This document shows, piece by piece, positions 1 through 7,123 of a stretch of 8,741 nucleotides of DNA. The notes below the pieces were generated by a model, which was not told where the DNA came from, made no database searches, and saw only the letters and a program-made list of their open reading frames with translations. The stretch is from positions 1-8,741 of the forward strand of contig BAAFSQ010000368.1 of assembly GCA_054661495.1 (NCBI GenBank). Direction: 5' to 3'. Position 1 is the stretch's first letter, and each line of letters starts with the position of its first letter. This DNA comes from Zygophlyctis sp. KS116 (lineage: Eukaryota > Fungi > Chytridiomycota). A program made the position numbers and the translations under genes.

Positions 1-2579
1 GGAAATGTTTTACTGCAAGGTGAAAATATCGCCAAAATAATTGTTAAAAATGGTTGGGCAAATGTAAAAACTAGCAATGATTTGCAAGAATTAAATGATT
101 TACACAAAGAATTGTTGGAATTGGAAACTTTGGCAAAATTGGAAAAGATTGGGATTTTTTCCCAGAATTTGATTCCAGTTAACGTTTCTAATACAATACA
201 AGAGGATTTAAAGGTTTTTTTGGATAAATACAAAAATATAGAAATTCCAGGTACTTGACCAATATCTCTAATTAAAAATAGGTGTGATAGAAGTAGTAAA
301 AGATGCGTCTACTTTTAGAGTTTTACTAACATTGGATGGATCTAAAGTTTTGATAACGTTAGGTTTAGCAGGGGTGAAAACTCCAGTTTTAAGAAGAGGA
401 ATTCCAAATTTACAAGATTTAGTAGAACCTTTTGCGGAAGAGGCAAAGTTTATGGTTGAATCTAGACTTGGGCAGAGAGATGTACATGTTTTATTACAAG
501 GTAAACGTTTTTTTTTAAAAATTTATAGGACTTCCATCTAATCCTTCGCCTCCAGGGACGGCAAATCCATTGTTTTTTGGTACCATTGTCTACCCGCTAG
601 GAAATATTGCTGAAGTTTTGTTAAATGAAGGATTTGCAAAAGTTAATGACTGGTAAGATTTATAGTTTTTAATTCTTTTTAAGGACTTTGGGCATGTTGA
701 ATGGTGGAGAAAAATATAGAATTGCTGGTAAATTTATTTTTTTAAAGATTAGAGAGAAATGCAAAATTGAAAAAGATGAGATTGTGGAAGGATTATGTTG
801 ATAAATCAACTTTAAATCTAGAGGTGTCTACTTTTTCAGCATTGGTCATTAGAATATTGGGTCCTGATTTGATTCAAATTGAAAACACCAAGACTGGAAA
901 AGAGCAAAAAGTCCAACTCTCTAGTGTTCGAGGTCCCAAAAGACAAAAGAATGACGCAGGACTAGAGACTGGATACTACTCAGAAGCAGTAGAATTTTTG
1001 AGATCAAGACTTGTTGGTAAAACTGTTCAAGTTTGTATCGATTATGTAAAACCAGCTGAAGGTGAATATGAAGCAAGAACTTGTGTGACTATTATGAATG
1101 GAGATCAAAATATTGGCGAGGCTTTGATTTCTAGAGGATTGGCACAGGTAATTCGGCACCGAAAAGATGATGAAAATCGTTCATCAAAGTATGATGTATT
1201 GTTGGTAAATATTTATATTTTAAATTAAAAAGATTGCTGAGGAGCGTGCACAATCTTCAGGAAAAGGATTATGGTCTCCAAAGGATGCACCAACTATTAG
1301 AATATCGGATGTGTCTGAATCGCTTGCAAAAGCAAAACAATTTTTACCCTTTCTTCAAAAATCAGGAGAAATGGGAGGTATTGTAGAGTACTGTGCAAGT
1401 GGATCACGATTTAGAATTCTCGTACCCTCTCAATCAGCTCGAATCACTCTAGTTCTAGGAGGTATTCGTGTTCCTAGAGCTGGTGGAGGAGGATCATCTA
1501 AAGCTGAGCCTTTTGGACCTGAAGCTTTAAACTTTGTCAATAAACATGTTCTCCAACGAGATGTTACATTTTCTGCAGAAAATGTAGATAAATCAGGAGG
1601 AATAATTGGTACTCTTTGGGTAGAAAAGAAGAATGTGGCAGTGTCATTGCTAGAACAGGGCTTTGGATATGTTCATGATTATTCTGCATCTCAATCTGCT
1701 TACTCAACAGCGCTTTATGAAGCTGAAGCAATTGCTAAAAATTCCAGAATTGGTAATTCTGAAATAATAAATGTCTAGGTGTATGGGAAGACTTTGATCC
1801 AAATGCAGCTATTGATGAAATATCTAGTAGCGTCGAAACGCTCTTGATTGATCAAAAGAATGTTGTAGTTTCTGAATTCACCAAAGATTCTCTATTTATT
1901 CAAGTTTTGGGTTCTGGTATACATTTATTCTTTAAACTCTATAGAAGCCAAAAAACTTGAAAAAATGATGCAATCCTTTTCTGAATCTTACAGCTCTTCT
2001 AATACTCCGCTTTCATCCCCAAAAGTAGGAGATTATTGTGCAGCTAAATTTTCTGAAGATAACCAATGGTACCGTGCTCAAATTATTGGTATTTCTGGAA
2101 CAAGAGGAACAGTACGATATATTGATTATGGAAATTGTGAAACTTTACAATTATCCTCTCTTTCTAAACTAATGGAATCTCATTCTATTAAAACTCTTCC
2201 AGCCCAAGCTATAAAGGTAGAATTGGCACATTTAGAGTTTCCTACAGATGATGATGATGCTTCATTTTATAAAGCTCAATCTCTTTTAGGAAATTCCCAG
2301 TTTCTGGCCAAGATGACTGATAAATCAAACGTTTTACTATTTCCATCTGGATCTAAAACAAGTATTAATGAAGAGTTATTAAAGACTGGACATTGCTTCT
2401 TGAAGCCTTCTAGCGTATCTTTGGCAAGAGAGACTCACAAGATCAAGTTAAAGTCTGGACTTGGACTTGAACTACTTGGAGAAAAGGATGATTTAACCAG
2501 ATTGATTGAAGCGCAAGATGAAGCTAAAAGAGATCATTTGAATATCTGGAGATATGGTGATTTCCAGGATGATGATTAA
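1..2579 (+). CDS. SND1: Staphylococcal nuclease domain-containing protein 1 (Tudor-SN/p100), 5'-truncated; join(<1..250,282..500,529..652,684..727,753..1204,1233..1752,1779..1916,1945..2579), 793 aa visible
   Basis: Removing seven GT-AG introns gives one continuous frame. It has repeated SNase-like modules (GENIAKIIVKNGWA; EPFAEEAKFMVESRLGQRDV...GNIAEVLLNEGFAKV; QNIGEALISRGLAQVIRHRKDDENRSSKYD; EPFGPEALNFV...NVAVSLLEQGFG), a Tudor domain (CAAKFSEDNQWYRA...VRYIDYGN) and the typical C-terminus AQDEAKRDHLNIWRYGDFQDDD*. Confidence 0.96.
251..281 (+). other. spliceosomal intron, 31 nt (SND1)
   Basis: GTACTT...CTCTAAT...ATAG; joins IEIP-G-VIEVV in frame. Confidence 0.9.
501..528 (+). other. spliceosomal intron, 28 nt (SND1)
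   Basis: GTAAAC...TTATAG; joins VLLQ-G-LPSNP...GNIAEVLL. Confidence 0.9.
653..683 (+). other. spliceosomal intron, 31 nt (SND1)
   Basis: GTAAGA...TTTAAG; joins AKVND-W-TLGML. Confidence 0.85.
728..752 (+). other. spliceosomal intron, 25 nt (SND1)
   Basis: GTAAAT...ATTAG; restores YRIA-E-RNAKLKKMRLWKDY. Confidence 0.9.
1205..1232 (+). other. spliceosomal intron, 28 nt (SND1)
   Basis: GTAAAT...AAAAAG; restores YDVLL-IAEERA...GKGLWS. Confidence 0.9.
1753..1778 (+). other. spliceosomal intron, 26 nt (SND1)
   Basis: GTAATT...TCTAG; restores AKNSRI-G-VWEDFD. Confidence 0.9.
1917..1944 (+). other. spliceosomal intron, 28 nt (SND1)
   Basis: GTATAC...CTATAG; restores FIQVLGS-E-AKKLEKMM. Confidence 0.9.
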
Positions 2580-2651
2580 GAGAGAATTAAAATCTGATAT
2601 AATTTTCTTAAGATGGCATATTATTTGAGAATTTCTTTCAGTTAAAAAAGA

Positions 2652-4207
2652 ATGAAATCATTTGATTGTAACGTTTGTGGGATTAAGTTGGGCTCTACTG
2701 TATCTACAAGCAATGGAAAAGTATATAAATGTCTTGAATGCATTGATCGTCCAGTCAAAAGTCTTGAATTTGACGATCAAAAGATGAATTGTTGCGTTTG
2801 TTTGCAGAGTATTGGAATTGGACAATTTAGACTTGACAAGGGAAAATCCACTTGTTTGGGGACTTGCGCTGATTGCAGATTCAAGTTTGGTTTCTGTGAT
2901 GCTTGTCAAAATTATAGTACAAATACTTCTTGGCCGATGGGGGAATATAGGCCTTTAGATTTATTAAAACATGGGGTATGTTCATTGGATCATCATAGAA
3001 TGTCTGAGAATAATACATTTAAATTGTTTAACATATCTAATGGACTTCATGGAGAAATCTCAAAGGAACTAAAGTTACAAATGCAATCTCTCTATTTGGA
3101 TTTTCTCTACAATTTAAATTTTAATCCAAAGGTAATTTATAACTGTTTATTATTTAGATTATGAAAAAAAGGTCGGTTGATGATATGATGGCAATGGCTT
3201 TAAAATCTAAAGATGAATTGTTTAAACAATTGGATGTTCCGGTGGATGTTTTACATAGGAAAAGGATTCTAGTGACAAGTTTTGAACAAGATTTAAAAGA
3301 TAAAGTTGTAAAAAGACAGTCTAGAGAATTAAGAGAAAGGAAATGTTTATCAGGGTTTATAATTCTTGAATGGCATAAAAAAGAAGGATATACTAGCTTA
3401 AATAATATTGTTTTAAAGACTCCTAGATTGAATTCAAGAATATTATTGGATCTTACTTTAATTGGATTTAAAGTTTGTGTAAATCAAGAAAAACTGGAAT
3501 CTAAAAAGGCTCTTGATCAAATTAAAATTTGGTATGAAAAGTATGGTGATTTTGAATACAATGATATTCCTATTTGGATGTATATTCAGATTCCTCCTCC
3601 AAATAAAAGGTTAATTGGACTTGTTAGCAATGAACACGATCCATTTTTTGGAAAACATTTAATGTCTATGGGATGGTCAAAGAATAAAGATTCAAAAATT
3701 GCTATAAATGATTTTATGGAATGGACAATATCAATAGAAAAATTGGAAACTTTCTTTTTTAAGAATGCAAGTTTAGAAGAATGGGAAATATGGTCTAAAA
3801 AACCAATCTCTGAATATCTTGAATGGAGAGGTGAAACAAGGTTGATTGGTGATGGAATGTTGAAATTTACATTGCCAGAGTCTCGTAAAGAAAAAAAAGA
3901 CGGGCCACTTACAAAATTGAAAAAAGAGGAATCTTTGTCAAAAGACTCTGAAATAATTAATCAAGAATTTAGCGAACCACCTTCAAAGAGACCAAGAAAT
4001 GGCAACTTAAAAACTGCAAAAACTACAAAAACACTCAAAACACCGAAAACACCAAAAACACTGAAATCTCCAATGATGACCCTTAAGAAAAAGGTTAGAC
4101 ACTGTCGCTGTTGTGGATCAAGTGAATGCCCGGGAAGAGGAGGAGGAAAATTCTGTTCTTGTCATAAACCAAATTGCACAGGTTCAATTGTCACTCCTCA
4201 AAGTTAG
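2652..4207 (+). CDS. Uncharacterised Cys-rich (multi zinc-finger) protein with putative GNAT-like domain and basic C-terminal tail, paralogue A; join(2652..3131,3158..4207), 509 aa
   Basis: ORFs 2652..3164 and 3161..4207 join through a 26-nt intron (LNFNPK-IMKK). Contains CNVC, CLEC, CCVC, CADC, CDAC and CSLDH motifs, and shows colinear similarity to the next gene. The start codon is the first in-frame ATG after a stop at 2643-2645. Function is inferred only. Confidence 0.8.
3132..3157 (+). other. spliceosomal intron, 26 nt (paralogue A)
   Basis: GTAATT...TATAAC...TTTAG, phase 0; same position as intron 4924..4952 in paralogue B. Confidence 0.88.
4010..4072 (+). repeat. Coding 9-bp imperfect tandem repeat x7 encoding KTA-KTT-KTL-KTP-KTP-KTL-KSP
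   Basis: aaaactgca aaaactaca aaaacactc aaaacaccg aaaacacca aaaacactg aaatctcca. Confidence 0.9.
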
Positions 4208-4330
4208 ACAATGCTTTAATTTATATACTATATTTACTATTAATAGTACTAGAAATTGAATTATGTTTTTAGAGTCAATCCATATTTTTGGATTATCAGA
4301 CATTAACTGATCTTATCAGCCTAAACTCTC

Positions 4331-5654
4331 ATGAAAAAACTCTACACAAAGCGATGCATCAAGAAGACTGCATTCAAAGGAAAATCATCAATGATCACTC
4401 AACTAGGAATTTGCGATCTTTGTAAATCATCAGTTGGGACATTTCATTTTCACGGGCCAATCGATCAGTTGGCAGCCCAAAAACTCATTAATCTCATTTG
4501 TATTAAATGCATTGACAATGATCAAAGTTCTTACTTGGGATGCATGCTGTGTAATGTAAATATCGGATGTGTATCAGTTCTTGTCAAGTGTAATGACAAG
4601 TATATTGCTCCGCAGTTCATTGTACAACTGATCTGTATCGCATGCAAATTTAAATATCAGTTTTGTTCAGTATATTATTGTTTTTTAAAATATAGCAATG
4701 TGGCGGTGGATCTGTTAGAACTGGAAAATATAGGCCTAAAGAATTGTTTCATAATGGTCGTAAAACGTGTTGTCTGTCGCATGTTCGGCTAGGAGACTCA
4801 GTATCTGATTTTGAACTACTGGATATTTCTCTTGGAATTCAAGAAGAAAAGTATGATACACTATTAAAAGAGATGAATCTGATGCATTTTGAATTTTTGT
4901 TGGGATTCAATGCAGTCCCAGAGGTAATTTGCATTTGTAGTTTTATAAAAAGTTGATGGAAAAGCATGATTGGCCTTTACGAACTTATGCTCAACTACTT
5001 AATGGTGCTAATTCTACTTGTGAAGAATTATCTCATTATCTGTGGAATCCTGTAAAACCTTTTAAACGGAGATTTTTAGCTCTTGCATTTGTAAATGAAG
5101 AAAAAAAGACTGGATATAGATCAATTCATGATTCTTTTTCTATGCCGTATGATGTGTCACAAATAGATCCAAATACAGATTATTTAAGACGTAGAGTTTT
5201 GGCTGGGTTTTCAGTTTTAGAATGGGATTGTAATCGTGGAATATTACAATGGAATAGTCAAGTCTTGCGGACAATGAATAGAAGGTCAACATTAGATCAG
5301 GATTTATTAAGTTTGCTAGTCTCTAAAGTATTAGAGGAATGTAAATCAAACCAAAATATTCTGAAATCAAGTCCTATTACATACATTTGGACAATGATTC
5401 GGACTGAACATTCAAGATTTTTATTTCATGCAACAAAGATGGGATTTATTAGAAAATCTTGTTCTAATGATTTAAATTCTTTAAAGGACATCGTAAATAT
5501 TAGCCCTCAACAACATCACATATTTGTAGAAATGGTTGTAAAAGTTGAAGATTTTTTAGATTTAGTAAAGTCAAAAATGCCCAAGGAAGAATTAGAAGCA
5601 TGGGACTCTCTTCCATTATCACAATATTTGAGATGGAAGAGACATGCCAATTGA
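4331..5654 (+). CDS. Uncharacterised Cys-rich (multi zinc-finger) protein with putative GNAT-like domain, paralogue B; join(4331..4669,4696..4923,4953..5654), 422 aa
   Basis: Three ORFs join through 26- and 29-nt introns, giving ...CIACKFKYQFCS-QCGGGSVRTGKYRPKELFHNGRKTCCLSHVRLG...NAVPE-LMEK. Colinear with paralogue A. The true start could be a downstream Met. Confidence 0.82.
4670..4695 (+). other. spliceosomal intron, 26 nt (paralogue B)
   Basis: GTATAT...ATATAG; its removal creates the CSQC motif matching CDAC of paralogue A. Confidence 0.88.
4924..4952 (+). other. spliceosomal intron, 29 nt (paralogue B)
   Basis: GTAATT...ATAAAAAG, phase 0; NAVPE-LMEK aligns with NFNPK-IMKK. Confidence 0.82.
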
Positions 5655-5698
5655 TGTCTATTAACGCTGTGTTTAGGATGATTGTGCGCTAAAAATTC

Positions 5699-6055
5699 AT
5701 GGTCAAAACATACTCAAAGAGTTTGAGAAAGAAAAAGTTAAAGATGAGCGTTTGTTCTGATGATAAATACAGTGAGTGCTTTAAATCTTCAAGTCTTGAC
5801 AAGTCATTTGATCCATTTATTTCTAATATTTTGCCAGAGAAGCAAACAATAAAAATTAAGAAATTGAGATTTAATTGTCCACTAAATAATTCAAAGAATT
5901 CTGACCACATTATGAATTCTCAATCTTATATAGCATCTCATCAAGATGAGGAATGGAATCTCTTTTTAAACTCATTCACTCATGATTCTGTTGAGATCCA
6001 AAAGGACAGTTTACTTGGATTTTCGGACATTATGGATCTGCATGAATGCGGATAG
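5699..6055 (+). CDS. Hypothetical protein, 118 aa (basic N-terminus, acidic C-terminus)
   Basis: ATG-to-TAG ORF filling almost the whole gap between two genes in AT-rich DNA; no recognisable domain. Confidence 0.45.
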   Translation: MVKTYSKSLRKKKLKMSVCSDDKYSECFKSSSLDKSFDPFISNILPEKQTIKIKKLRFNCPLNNSKNSDHIMNSQSYIASHQDEEWNLFLNSFTHDSVEIQKDSLLGFSDIMDLHECG

Positions 6056-6106
6056 TTGGTTTACAGATGATCTTTTTAGGCTGTAGCGCGTCCACTTTAT
6101 CGGACA

Positions 6107-7075
6107 ATGATCGTTAAAAGACTGCTATCTATTGATGCCTTCCCAATACTAGTATTTTTAATATCTGTTTTTATGAGCTGGCTACAATTTTTTAATAACA
6201 AAAATCAGAATAATGAAATTTCTCTTGTATATATGCGAATATGGGATGGACCAGCACCGTTTTCAAATGGCCGAGATAATCCAAGAAAGTCGCTTCCAAA
6301 TGCTCATCATCCGTCATTGGAGGTTTTTATTCCTGATGATAATAATTTAAAACGAAAGGCGGTAATTGTGCTGCCCGGAGGAGGATATAAATATTTGGCA
6401 CAACATGAAACGGGTCCGCCTTGTGAATGGCTGAAAGAGAATGGAATCGTTGCATTTGCCTTACGATATAGATTGGGACCTGAATATTCTTATCCTGTCC
6501 AGGTATACCTATTATTCTAAGGCAAGATGATTGATGTCCAAAGGGCTATTAAATATGTTAGATATCATGCATCAAGGTGGAATATAGCTGATGATCAAAT
6601 TGGAATTTTGGGGTTTAGTGCAGGTGGTCATTTAGCATCAATGGCAAGTACATTTTACTCTTTAGGAGAACCATCTAGCATTGATCCTGTTGAAAGAGAA
6701 TCATCACGTCCGAACTTCCAAATCGTGGTTTATCCAGTCATTGATTTCTCAATGTCTTATAGAGTTGTCTCTGCTCTTCTTAACCATGATCCATTCCCAT
6801 CATCAGAGATGTTGAAAGACTTGTCTACTTTTAGATGGGTTAATTCAAGTACCCCACCTGCATTTGTAGTGCATTCAACAAAAGATGAATTAGTTCCACT
6901 TGAAAATTCTGTCCGATATGTGAATGCATTGCGTAAAAATAATGTGTCTGTTAAATTTTATGCTCAAGATTTTGGAAGTCATGGATTTGGCATGTAAGTT
7001 CTTAATCATAATTCTTAAAGGGACGAAAGATGGAATATTCCAGCCATTGAGTGGCTTAAAAGAGATGGAAAATAG
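6107..7075 (+). CDS. Alpha/beta-hydrolase, acetyl esterase/lipase-like (BD-FAE / acetylxylan or pectin acetylesterase-like); join(6107..6502,6527..6993,7021..7075), 305 aa
   Basis: Oxyanion motif VLPGGGY, YRL motif, nucleophile elbow GFSAGGHLA, Asp in HSTKDELVP, His in GSHGFG, and a terminal exon DERWNIPAIEWL*. N-terminal hydrophobic stretch AFPILVFLISVFMSWLQFF. Confidence 0.92.
6503..6526 (+). other. spliceosomal intron, 24 nt (hydrolase)
   Basis: GTATAC...TTCTAA..CAAG; contains in-frame TAA; restores YPVQ-MIDVQRAIKYVR. Confidence 0.87.
6994..7020 (+). other. spliceosomal intron, 27 nt (hydrolase)
   Basis: GTAAGT...TTAAAG; contains in-frame TAA; adds the C-terminal W-x7-W helix typical of the family. 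Confidence 0.85.
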
Positions 7076-7123
7076 AAAACCAACTGCAGGCTATATTCAC
7101 AAATTTAAAAATAGTAAAAAGAG

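Noticed and set aside
284-2579. Four separate nuclease genes in an operon, or a frameshifted pseudogene
   Set aside because: Every break is bounded by GT...AG and splicing gives one intact SND1 frame.
2616-2641. GC-AG 26-nt intron linking ATG 2613 to paralogue A
   Set aside because: The spliced product is out of frame with the CDS and stops after a few codons; at most a UTR intron.
2658-2909. 83-aa minus-strand ORF
   Set aside because: Antisense shadow of paralogue A with no recognisable motif.
3161-3164. ATGA start/stop overlap (also TTGA at 4953-4956) resembling bacterial translational coupling
   Set aside because: An artefact of reading through short introns; the upstream ORF tails are intron sequence.
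4924-4940. Alternative in-frame acceptor giving a 17-nt intron
   Set aside because: Below the observed 24-31 nt range, and the 4952 acceptor aligns without a gap to paralogue A.
1-5654. Functional link between SND1 and the zinc-finger pair
   Set aside because: Adjacency in a compact eukaryotic genome is not evidence without conserved synteny.
5646-5676. GC-AG intron extending paralogue B past its TGA
   Set aside because: GCCAAT is a poor donor, there is no GT donor nearby, and the splice would not join the 5699 ORF frame.
5689-5910. 73-aa minus-strand ORF
   Set aside because: Phe/Leu-rich mirror of the Lys-rich plus-strand ORF; no independent support.
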